From a virus (lineage: Duplodnaviria > Caudoviricetes): DNA of 31,309 bases. The position numbers were made by a program, and so were the translations under genes. Where the stretch lies: positions 1 to 31,309 of the IMG/VR virus record IMGVR_UViG_3300032234_000470; one strand, written 5' to 3'. Each line of letters begins with the position of its first letter. Position 1 is the first letter of the stretch. Positions 8,696 through 16,040 of this stretch are shown one piece after another. The notes beneath the pieces are model-generated. The model was not told where the DNA came from. It saw nothing but the letters and a program-made list of their open reading frames with translations, and did no database searches.

Positions 8696-9064
8696 TCAAT
8701 CACGCTGGGGGCGAGAGTAGTCGTCGTCAAGCCGGATGACGTCCGTAAGGTCGGGAGTGGACACTTCAAGGAGGACGCTATCCTCCGCCGCCTCAAAACG
8801 ATGCAGGGTCGTTGCAGGGATGTGGACAGCGCGGCCCGGTAGCCATTCCATCTGGCTGTCCCTTGCCCCGTAGGTCAGGATGACCCGGCCCGACAGGAGG
8901 TAAAGCGTCTCTACCTTGCGCTCATGGTATTGCAGGGACAGTCGTTTGCCCCGGCTGACTTCAAGGAGCTTCCCGGCGTATTGGGTCTGGTCGGCATACC
9001 AGATTTCGCGGCCCCATGGCTTGACGACAATCTTGGGTTGGTAGGTAGGGTCTGGTAGGTGCAT
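8696..9064 (-). CDS. cupin, mannose-6-phosphate isomerase-like
   Basis: KPWGREIW, YAGKLL, LSLQYHERKVETLY, HIPATTLHRF and EVSTPDLTDVIRLDDDY. Confidence 0.85.
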   Translation of the reverse strand: MHLPDPTYQPKIVVKPWGREIWYADQTQYAGKLLEVSRGKRLSLQYHERKVETLYLLSGRVILTYGARDSQMEWLPGRAVHIPATTLHRFEAAEDSVLLEVSTPDLTDVIRLDDDYSRPQRD

Positions 9065-9069
9065 AAGGG

Positions 9070-9357
9070 TCAAGGGAGGAAACGGCGCGGAACCATCGAC
9101 CCAACGATTGGGCCATCAGTAGGAGCGTCGTAGGAATAGGTTATGCCTACCCAGCCGCCAGCCGCAACATAAGGTTCAATGCGAACCTCGCGGCATCCGG
9201 CCCGGTCGTAGGCATCAGCATAGAGGTCGCACAGCTTTCGGCATCGTGGTAGCGCGGTCTTGTTGGAGCAGATGTCCCCGGCCTCGATGCGGTCGTTGAC
9301 CTCAGACACATCCGCCATCAGGTGACGGAAAACGAAATGATGAGCCTGAGCGTTCAT
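9070..9357 (-). CDS. hypothetical early protein
   Basis: Start MNAQAHHF in an ATGA overlap with the upstream stop. Confidence 0.6.
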   Translation of the reverse strand: MNAQAHHFVFRHLMADVSEVNDRIEAGDICSNKTALPRCRKLCDLYADAYDRAGCREVRIEPYVAAGGWVGITYSYDAPTDGPIVGSMVPRRFLP

Positions 9358-9587
9358 TGGTATTCGACGACGCAATCCGGGCAGACCCAGAAGCTTCCGC
9401 GCATCACGGAGATGGTGGACGGGGACTTGCGGTTGTAGTAGATTGCCTTGACCTCGTAGCGTTCCCCGGCGAGGCGGTCGCCGCAACACGGGCAAGGTCG
9501 CCAAGTGAACTCGTCCCGGCTTGGGTATCCGTTCGCGTCGGTGATGGTTTCGAGACGCTCAAGGTTTCGGTGCAGGAGGTTGCTCAT
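9354..9587 (-). CDS. small zinc-finger-like protein
   Basis: CPCC...CPDC. Confidence 0.7.
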   Translation of the reverse strand: MSNLLHRNLERLETITDANGYPSRDEFTWRPCPCCGDRLAGERYEVKAIYYNRKSPSTISVMRGSFWVCPDCVVEYQ

Positions 9588-9598
9588 TGGTTGTGGAA

Positions 9599-9928
9599 TT
9601 AGTGGCCGGAGGATTCGAAGAAGTCATACATCAGGTCGCGAGCATACTTGTCCCAATCAAAGTAAAGCTCGCAAGGGTGGGTATGTCGCCCGTGCTTGGG
9701 GAGGTCGCCGAACAGGTCGGTCGCGTCGGCAAGCTCGTAGGCGAAGTCCCGGTCGCTCCGGTGTTCGCCGTAGTAGCTGTCGGACGCGTTCTCCAAGTCG
9801 CTCAGGGTCGGCTCGGTAATGCCGAGGTGTTCGCAGTAGGCGACCATGGCTTCCGGCTTGAGGCTGATGTCCTTGTGGGGATACAGCTCCGCGACGAGCG
9901 CGTGGAGGTCTTTTGATTTCTTAGGCAT
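9599..9928 (-). CDS. ardA: ArdA-like antirestriction (DNA mimic) protein, short form
   Basis: Acidic; DSYYGEHRSDRDFAYEL and YFDWDKYARDL match the ArdA middle and C-terminal domains. Confidence 0.75.
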   Translation of the reverse strand: MPKKSKDLHALVAELYPHKDISLKPEAMVAYCEHLGITEPTLSDLENASDSYYGEHRSDRDFAYELADATDLFGDLPKHGRHTHPCELYFDWDKYARDLMYDFFESSGH

Positions 9929-9937
9929 GGAAGTGGG

Positions 9938-10075
9938 TCAGCGATGGCGGCGGACGACCTTGGCTTTGACAGGCTCCGGGCCGTTGATGAGGCGGTAGAG
10001 TTCCGGGCCGCAGAAGGTCACGACCGCGAGCCATCCGAAGATGGCGATGGCGAACAGGGTGGCCATGGCTTTCAT
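9938..10075 (-). CDS. 45-aa membrane protein
   Basis: Hand translation MKAMATLFAIAIFGWLAVVTFCGPELYRLINGPEPVKAKVVRRHR; fills the gap between neighbours. Confidence 0.6.
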   Translation of the reverse strand: MKAMATLFAIAIFGWLAVVTFCGPELYRLINGPEPVKAKVVRRHR

Positions 10076-10094
10076 GTCGGGAAGCTTGCGAGGG

Positions 10095-10322
10095 TTAGCC
10101 GCGGGGAGACTCGCCGATGATGTAGCCGAAGTCGTCGCGGATGGCGCGGGCCAGCTCGACGAGCTTGAGGTCGCAAGCCGGGACGCGCTTGTGGTCGGCC
10201 TTGAGCGCGGCGCGGAACGCCGAGATGACGGAGACGAGCGTCGTGTTGTCGTGGCCCGGCGCGCCGTAGAGCTTCGCGAGGGTCGTGCCGACGATGATGG
10301 TTGTGATGCTGATGCTGTTCAT
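10095..10322 (-). CDS. hypothetical early protein
   Basis: Preceded by the 21-bp repeated junction element. Confidence 0.65.
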   Translation of the reverse strand: MNSISITTIIVGTTLAKLYGAPGHDNTTLVSVISAFRAALKADHKRVPACDLKLVELARAIRDDFGYIIGESPRG

Positions 10323-10349
10323 TGTTGTGATGTTTGTGGGTGAGAGTGA

Positions 10350-10550
10350 TTAGGCGTTGACCGGGCCGACATCGGCGAGGAACTGCTTGACCCCGGCGAG
10401 GGTGTATTCGCTACCGGAGGTCTGGCCGTTTCCGTTTTCGGTGGCGAAGCCGGGCTTAAGGTTAATCCAGTAAATCTTTCGACCGAAGTCCGATTCGATT
10501 TCGATGTTCTGGACAGCCGGGTGATTGTTGAGCTTTTCGAGGGTGGTCAT
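10350..10550 (-). CDS. hypothetical early protein
   Basis: First gene after early promoter copy 2. Confidence 0.7.
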   Translation of the reverse strand: MTTLEKLNNHPAVQNIEIESDFGRKIYWINLKPGFATENGNGQTSGSEYTLAGVKQFLADVGPVNA

Positions 10551-10562
10551 TTGTATGTTGGG

Positions 10563-10636
10563 TTTGGTGGAACGAGAGTAACCTTGCCCGATGAACCGAC
10601 CGGGCGAAAGGTTTATTTTCGGGTCGAGTGCGATTT
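10563..10636 (-). promoter_or_regulatory. repeated early promoter, copy 2
   Basis: AAAATAAACC-TTTCGC-N17-CAAGGT-TACTCTCGTTCCACCAAA. Confidence 0.75.
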
Positions 10637-10691
10637 AGGGGTTTGGTCGATACAGTATCGGTTTAGGCCGGGCTTCCGGGAGGCCTGTTTT

Positions 10692-10721
10692 ACCCCTCTG
10701 GCAAGCCCGTGGAGGCCTTTT
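10692..10721 (+). repeat. 30-bp dispersed intergenic element, copy A
   Basis: ACCCCTCTGGCAAGCCCGTGGAGGCCTTTT; 27/30 identical to the reverse complement of 22388-22417. Confidence 0.8.
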
Positions 10722-10755
10722 AAGGCCCGGCGCGGCCCAACCCTAAGGCCGGAGG

Positions 10756-10935
10756 TCACAGAAAGCCTCCTTCGGCTATGGCCCGGAGTTGCTCGTATCC
10801 TCGGCATGCGGCCCCATTAGTCAGGTAAAGGCCCGGCTCGCGTTCGACAGATTCAATCAGCTCGGCAAGCTTGTCCTCGTCCTGCGGAATCTCAGCCAGC
10901 CCGTGAAGCACCGACATGATGTAGTTGGGACTCAT
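10756..10935 (-). CDS. 59-aa hypothetical protein
   Basis: Hand translation MSPNYIMSVLHGLAEIPQDEDKLAELIESVEREPG...; TGATG overlap with the upstream stop. Confidence 0.55.
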   Translation of the reverse strand: MSPNYIMSVLHGLAEIPQDEDKLAELIESVEREPGLYLTNGAACRGYEQLRAIAEGGFL

Positions 10936-11141
10936 CAGGAGTGGGTGTAGCCGTCCGGCTCGATGACCATGTACATGACCATGCCGGACTGCCCGACCAC
11001 GCGGATGGCGATGGCGCGTTCCGCCGGGAGGTGCGTGAGGTCGTTGAAGTCGAGCGTCCAGCCACGGGTCTGTAGCTTGGACAGCCCGACGAGCTGGTCA
11101 CGGGTGAGCGTGAAGGTCTGTGCGGTCTTGGGAGGGTGCAT
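10935..11141 (-). CDS. hypothetical early protein
   Basis: Start MHPPKT; ends IEPDGYTHS. Confidence 0.65.
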   Translation of the reverse strand: MHPPKTAQTFTLTRDQLVGLSKLQTRGWTLDFNDLTHLPAERAIAIRVVGQSGMVMYMVIEPDGYTHS

Positions 11142-11145
11142 GGGA

Positions 11146-11415
11146 TTAAAGATTGGCGAGGAGGGCGGTGACATGTTCGCGGGCCGCGTCAGGCGCGTCG
11201 CTGTCAGGATGCTGGAGGTCTTCTGCGGCAAGGGTGAGGGATTCCTTAATGGTCTGTCCCTTAGCGATGCGTAGCGAGAATCTGTCGCCGTAGGTCAGGT
11301 CGCATTCCGGGCGACCGAGGGACTTGTGGAAGGCTTCCATCGTGCGGACTCCGCTTGGGTCATTGCCCATCAGCATGGAGATGCCGGGTCGCCCGGTAGT
11401 TTCGAGGTTATACAT
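11146..11415 (-). CDS. hypothetical early protein
   Basis: Start MYNLETT after an A/C-rich leader. Confidence 0.6.
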   Translation of the reverse strand: MYNLETTGRPGISMLMGNDPSGVRTMEAFHKSLGRPECDLTYGDRFSLRIAKGQTIKESLTLAAEDLQHPDSDAPDAAREHVTALLANL

Positions 11416-11440
11416 TGGTTGTATTGGGTTGGGTGAGAGA

Positions 11441-11743
11441 TTACTTGGCGAAGACCATCGCCCACAGCTGGTCGGCGCGGGCCTTGGTGATGACGGGCTT
11501 GATGCCGGACTTCTCGTTGGCGAGGATTTCGCAACCGATGATGTGCCGGGCAACCTTGGCCTTGTCGAAGTAGGACATGGTGTTGCGGGCATACCAGAGG
11601 CAGACGGAGCGCGTCGTAGAGTCGGCCTCGTCCCAGCTGACGGGGAGCGCGTCCGGGACAGTCAGCCCGGCATCCCGGTTGGTGCTGACGAGGATTCGCT
11701 CGTCGTGGTCGAGGGCGGTGATGGGCTTGAACGGGGTGGTCAT
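11441..11743 (-). CDS. hypothetical early protein
   Basis: Repeated leader ACAAACGACCATGACC. Confidence 0.7.
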   Translation of the reverse strand: MTTPFKPITALDHDERILVSTNRDAGLTVPDALPVSWDEADSTTRSVCLWYARNTMSYFDKAKVARHIIGCEILANEKSGIKPVITKARADQLWAMVFAK

Positions 11744-11776
11744 GGTCGTTTGTGGTGTTGGTTTTTGAAAGGTTTA

Positions 11777-12064
11777 TTAGGCGGTAATCAGGCCCATCTT
11801 GATGGCCTTCTTGCGGCACTTCGTGCAGGTGATATCGCTGAAGGAGTAGTTGCCATTGGCATGAGCACGAGCGTTGAAAGCGTCGGAGCCGCAGGTCGTG
11901 TGTAATCCGGTCTTGTGAAGCTGGCCGTCGTTCTTCTTGAACTCCATCGTGTAAATGATGTGAAGCTCAGAGCCGCGTCCGGCGCGTCCGACATTAAAAG
12001 TCCGCTTGATGTCGTGCTCGACAGTAACGAATTCTTTGTTGGTGTTGATTTCGGTGGTGGTCAT
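11777..12064 (-). CDS. hypothetical early protein, possible Zn-binding
   Basis: First gene after promoter copy 3; H...CG...ITCTKC. Confidence 0.65.
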   Translation of the reverse strand: MTTTEINTNKEFVTVEHDIKRTFNVGRAGRGSELHIIYTMEFKKNDGQLHKTGLHTTCGSDAFNARAHANGNYSFSDITCTKCRKKAIKMGLITA

Positions 12065-12075
12065 TTGTGGTGTGG

Positions 12076-12150
12076 TTTGGTGGAACGAGAACAACCTTGC
12101 CCGAACCTCCGACTCAACGAAAGGTTTATTTTGGGGTCTAAGTGCGATTT
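12076..12150 (-). promoter_or_regulatory. repeated early promoter, copy 3
   Basis: AAAATAAACC-TTTCGT-N17-CAAGGT-TGTTCTCGTTCCACCAAA. Confidence 0.75.
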
Positions 12151-12206
12151 ATGGGTTTAGCGAATACAGGCTCTACTGCGACCGAGGCCCGGCTACCCCC
12201 AAAAAG

Positions 12207-12235
12207 ACCCCTTGGGAGGCCCGTGGAGGCCTTTT
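12207..12235 (+). repeat. dispersed intergenic element, copy B
   Basis: ACCCCTTGGGAGGCCCGTGGAGGCCTTTT. Confidence 0.75.
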
Positions 12236-12258
12236 GACCCCTTACCCCTACCCTTCCC

Positions 12259-12567
12259 CTACCTTTTAGACCGACCCCGGCTCTTGAGCCAAGCCAGCCC
12301 GGCGTCCACCAGCTCCGGGGAAGCGTAGCCCGCCATCCCTGCCGCCGCATACCCAAGGCCCGCGTTCGCGAAGTAGGACTGCGTGGCGAGGCCGACCAAC
12401 AAAGAAGTCAGCCCAGCGACGGCTGTCCGGCGGGCGATGTAACCAAGGGAGTGCCTTTCAGTCGAACAAAAGTAGCGCACCATCCACGAAACCGCGCCGA
12501 TGGCGATTCCGATGCCAATGTCTCGCAAGCTTGCGGGGACTTCTTCCGGCTGTGGAACGGGACTCAT
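12259..12567 (-). CDS. putative holin
   Basis: Small; 2-3 hydrophobic segments; basic C-terminus; last gene of the late block. Confidence 0.7.
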   Translation of the reverse strand: MSPVPQPEEVPASLRDIGIGIAIGAVSWMVRYFCSTERHSLGYIARRTAVAGLTSLLVGLATQSYFANAGLGYAAAGMAGYASPELVDAGLAWLKSRGRSKR

Positions 12568-12860
12568 GTGATGCGAGGCGGCTTGTTATTCTTGTCCATA
12601 AGCACCCGGCGGTAGTTCTGCTTCCAGAGGGTGTCGCACAGCTTCTTGCCCGCGGCATCAACCAGCTTCTCTGTCGCCGGGGAAACGTCGTCAGGGAAAA
12701 GGGTGATATGAAGCACCTCGTGGCACAGCACCTCAAGCTGACGTTTCGCCCCAAGGCGCGGGTCAATCTCAATAAGAGGGCGCGCCGCATCGAAGTGCGC
12801 CTGACCCCAAGCGACCTCGCGACCCAGCTTGCGCCAGACTACCTTAATCCCCTTTGCCAT
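12564..12860 (-). CDS. small zincin-like (HEXXH) protein
   Basis: Start MAKGIKVVWRKLG; IEIDPRL...LEVLCHEVLH...E. Confidence 0.7.
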   Translation of the reverse strand: MAKGIKVVWRKLGREVAWGQAHFDAARPLIEIDPRLGAKRQLEVLCHEVLHITLFPDDVSPATEKLVDAAGKKLCDTLWKQNYRRVLMDKNNKPPRIT

Positions 12861-13548
12861 GCGAGGAGTTGACGGAATCTCGCACCTTGTCCCAAGCCCA
12901 CCAAAGGCCAAGTCCGGAAGCCGCGGATGCTGTGCCGATGGCAAGCCACATGAAGTAAGGCGAGTCCACGATGAAGGGGACTGCTCCACAGAACGCGCCG
13001 CAAAGAAGAAGGGGGATGCCGATACGCGGCCCGGCCAGAGCCGTAGCCAACGCGCCGATGACCGCCAGCCCGGCTCCGGTCAGCGTCCAGATGTTTTCGG
13101 AGGCCTCTCGCTTTACCCGCTCAAGCTCCCCGGTGAGGTCGGCGATACGCTCGTCCTTCAACTTGGAAACACGGGAGGCTTCCTTCTGGTCTGCCTCCAT
13201 CTTGGAGCGCGCTTCGGTGACTTGGGCGGCGAGCTTCCGGGCGGCTTCCTCTGCGGCCTTGTAGTCCTTCTGGTCGGCCTTGGCGGCACGAGCCTTAGCC
13301 ACGGCGAGGTCGCCCTCGTTCGGGGCCGGGAGGAGGGCCAAGGCGACGGACGACTCGGCGCGGACGACTTCGGGCTTGTCGGCGTTATCCTTCACGACGG
13401 TGACTGCGGCCGCAACTTTGTTGTTCCTCGTGTCGATTCCGGACGAGAAAGTAGACATGTTCTCGGAACGCGTCGGCGCGTCCGGTTGAGGCGGAAGCTT
13501 CGACGAAGAACAGCCGACCAAAAGAATGGAGGCCGCGAGCAGGCGCAT
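12844..13548 (-). CDS. lipoprotein with coiled coil and C-terminal TM helices (spanin candidate)
   Basis: MRLLAASILLVGC lipobox; helical periplasmic region; hydrophobic C-terminal segments. Confidence 0.6.
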   Translation of the reverse strand: MRLLAASILLVGCSSSKLPPQPDAPTRSENMSTFSSGIDTRNNKVAAAVTVVKDNADKPEVVRAESSVALALLPAPNEGDLAVAKARAAKADQKDYKAAEEAARKLAAQVTEARSKMEADQKEASRVSKLKDERIADLTGELERVKREASENIWTLTGAGLAVIGALATALAGPRIGIPLLLCGAFCGAVPFIVDSPYFMWLAIGTASAASGLGLWWAWDKVRDSVNSSHGKGD

Positions 13549-13652
13549 TACTTGGAGCAATACTTGATGTAAAGCTCGCGGGCCTTTTCGGCGATGTCGT
13601 TGCGGTAAACCCCGGCGGCATATCCGAGGGCGATGGCGATGATATAGCTCAT
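13548..13652 (-). CDS. 34-aa membrane peptide
   Basis: Hand translation MSYIIAIALGYAAGVYRNDIAEKARELYIKYCSK; TAATG overlap with the next gene. Confidence 0.6.
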   Translation of the reverse strand: MSYIIAIALGYAAGVYRNDIAEKARELYIKYCSK

Positions 13653-13656
13653 GGGA

Positions 13657-15177
13657 TTAGGCAAGGCGCGCACCGATGCGGTAGTTCAATCCGCCGATGG
13701 CAACGATGATATCGTTTGAGTCGGATCCGCCCGTATGGGTCGTGACGCTGTTGACGGAGAAGGCAGGGCCGGCTCCGTTGGAGAAGGTGTCCGCCTTGAC
13801 GTTGCCGACGACCTCGACCTTGGAGGTAGGCGTGAAGCCAGTAGCGACGCCGATGCCGACGTTGCCAGCATTGTCGATGATGAAGGCGTTGGCATCCGGG
13901 GTCGTGGAGTCCTCGACGAGAAGAGCGTTGCCCGTGCCGTTCTGAGTTACGCGCAAGGCTGGGAGGGTCGTATTTACATTGATAACCCCGGCCGAGGAGG
14001 TGCTTAGGCATTGTCTCCAAGCACCCGTTCCGTCACGGAAATTGAGGCTGACTCCGCCCGTGGCAATCCACATATCTCCGGCGACGTTGCTTCCCGTCTC
14101 GTTTCCGCCGATGCCGATGTTGATGCCAGCGCGGGAGGTGTTGGCGGTGAAAGAAACCTTGTTTGAGAAAGTCTGCTGTGTTGCTCCTGAAGAGAGTTGT
14201 GCGTAGTTGGTAAGTGCAGAAGGAATGTCTTGAAACTTGACCAGACGGTCAATCGTGTCATCGGCTGTGGCTACCCAGAAGTTGCCCGTGCCATCAGTCC
14301 AGATTTGACCAAGCAACGCCCCCCCTGCGTTTGGCGGTCCACCGGGTAGAATAAGTTTCCCTAAACCATCAAAGGAAACATTCCCGGTGAACGTAGGGCC
14401 AGAAAGAGGAGCGTAAGCCGACAGCGCGGAGGTCGTGGCGTATCCCTGACCCTTGACGAAGGCAGTCGTGGCGATGCTGGTGTCATTATCACCAAGCGAA
14501 GGCGTAACGGCACGAGCGTCTCCCGTGAACACAGGCGAAGCAAGCGGAGCGGCACCAGAGACGTCGGCTACGACAAGCGATACGGCCCCGATTTTGCCAG
14601 CCACCGAGGTTACGGGGGCGGTGGTCAGGTATCCCTGACCCTTGACGAAGGCCGTCGTGGCGATGCTCGTATCGTTGTCCGCCAACGGAGGAGTGACTGA
14701 CCTAGGATTGCCCGTCAAGACCGGGTCAAATAGCGGAGCGTAATTCTGGAGGGAAATAACCGGAGCGTAATTCTGCCCCCTGACCCAAGCGGTCGTGGCA
14801 ATGCTGGTGTCATTGTCCGAGAGCGAAGGCGTGACCGAACGAGGGTCGCCCGTGAACACAGGCGAGGAAAGATTAGCCTTCAGGTTCAGCGCCGACTGCA
14901 AATCCGTCTGGTCAGACAGCGTCCCGGTGATTTCGCCCCAAGAGGTCGAGGGGTCTACGTTAATCCATTCGGTGTTGTAGTCTACGCCGTCGACCTTGGC
15001 GAGTACCTGACCCGCGCTACCGCCGACGGGAACGCCGACACCGGGTTCCCCTTGGTCGCCCTTGTCACCCTTTTCTCCGGGGATGCCTTGCGGTCCTTGG
15101 GGGCCGGGTGCGCCGAGGGTGAACACCATCGACCCGGTGGGCGATGCGGGAGTTAGGACAAGCTCGATATTAGCCAT
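13657..15177 (-). CDS. tail fibre protein
   Basis: Collagen-like GXY stretch, WGEITGTLSDQTDL, three TGxPRxVTPxxxDNDTSIATTA repeats, VTSVAGKIGAV and GNVGIG. Confidence 0.85.
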   Translation of the reverse strand: MANIELVLTPASPTGSMVFTLGAPGPQGPQGIPGEKGDKGDQGEPGVGVPVGGSAGQVLAKVDGVDYNTEWINVDPSTSWGEITGTLSDQTDLQSALNLKANLSSPVFTGDPRSVTPSLSDNDTSIATTAWVRGQNYAPVISLQNYAPLFDPVLTGNPRSVTPPLADNDTSIATTAFVKGQGYLTTAPVTSVAGKIGAVSLVVADVSGAAPLASPVFTGDARAVTPSLGDNDTSIATTAFVKGQGYATTSALSAYAPLSGPTFTGNVSFDGLGKLILPGGPPNAGGALLGQIWTDGTGNFWVATADDTIDRLVKFQDIPSALTNYAQLSSGATQQTFSNKVSFTANTSRAGINIGIGGNETGSNVAGDMWIATGGVSLNFRDGTGAWRQCLSTSSAGVINVNTTLPALRVTQNGTGNALLVEDSTTPDANAFIIDNAGNVGIGVATGFTPTSKVEVVGNVKADTFSNGAGPAFSVNSVTTHTGGSDSNDIIVAIGGLNYRIGARLA

Positions 15178-15496
15178 TGGGGAGGGTGATTTCTTGGTCA
15201 ACGACAAAGCGGACAGTAGTCGTGGAGAAAACGATGCCGTCCTTTACGCAACGAAGGTCAATCGCGGCAGTCCCGACGGCCCAATCCGCCGTTTCGGAAG
15301 CTTCGGCCCGCAGGGATACAGTCAGATTGTCCTCTCCGATGGTGACGGCAAGAGGGCGGCGCGTCCGCGAGAAGTCAAGGACTTCGCTTTCAATAGTCAC
15401 CCCGGAAAGGTTTACCGGGTCGCCTTCGCCGGGGACATACGGGCCAGAGGCCGCAAAAGTCTGCCCGCGCTTCCAAATGATTGTCGGTGCCGCCAT
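15170..15496 (-). CDS. baseplate upper (BppU-N-like) tail protein
   Basis: KRGQTF...PVNLSG...T.DW..G.A.IDL pattern; immediately before the fibre. Confidence 0.6.
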   Translation of the reverse strand: MAAPTIIWKRGQTFAASGPYVPGEGDPVNLSGVTIESEVLDFSRTRRPLAVTIGEDNLTVSLRAEASETADWAVGTAAIDLRCVKDGIVFSTTTVRFVVDQEITLPNG

Positions 15497-15500
15497 GACC

Positions 15501-15515
15501 CTACGCGGGAGTCAA
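15501..15515 (-). promoter_or_regulatory. conserved late element TTGACTCCCGCGTAG, copy 1
   Basis: Exact 15-mer, 4 nt before ATG 15496. Confidence 0.85.
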
Positions 15516-15524
15516 AGTCTGGGG

Positions 15525-16040
15525 TTAGGTGATGGGGGTCAGTTTACCGATTGAGATGACCTGACCTGTGCTTGAGCTTGGACTGCCGTTGGGAACCTCC
15601 TGAATGGCATTGGGAGGGCTGAACAATTCTATGCCTACAAGGGCAGTCGTCACGCCGTCTTGGAACTGCATCAATTCGCCCAACAACTCCTCTTGGATTT
15701 CTTCCGGGACGAGGGTCGAAGGTTCGTCCAATTCGTCGTCGAACCAATCAAGTTCCACAAGTGACATATCAACCACTTGAGTGACGAAAAAGTTCCTGAA
15801 CTCTACGGGGTATCCGTTCGTACGCGCATACCTATCTGCCCTGATTAGTCCGCTACCCGGTGATGCCGACATAAATGCGGTCAAGATGTTGCTTCCGCTT
15901 ACTTCGTAATTCCTGTTATACGAAAAGTTCTCAACGAAATACAGGTTCATGTTGGCGAACCTTCCAAACGCCGTCCTAAGACTTGCCCATGTCCTGTAAT
16001 TCGTGAAGGTCGTCCCTCCGATGATGACGGCCTTTGCCAT
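15525..16040 (-). CDS. hypothetical tail-region protein
   Basis: TAATG overlap; position in the tail module. Confidence 0.65.
   Translation of the reverse strand: MAKAVIIGGTTFTNYRTWASLRTAFGRFANMNLYFVENFSYNRNYEVSGSNILTAFMSASPGSGLIRADRYARTNGYPVEFRNFFVTQVVDMSLVELDWFDDELDEPSTLVPEEIQEELLGELMQFQDGVTTALVGIELFSPPNAIQEVPNGSPSSSTGQVISIGKLTPIT

Noticed and set aside
7979-8842. Long plus-strand ORFs (also 3468-4157, 22656-23471, 23999-24865 and 25509-26414)
   Set aside because: Antisense shadows of high-GC3 minus-strand genes; no motifs or independent signals
15501-15515. Late element as a T7-type or sigma54 promoter
   Set aside because: Only superficial GACTC...TAG similarity with different spacing; no GG-N10-GC; no RNA polymerase gene in the window
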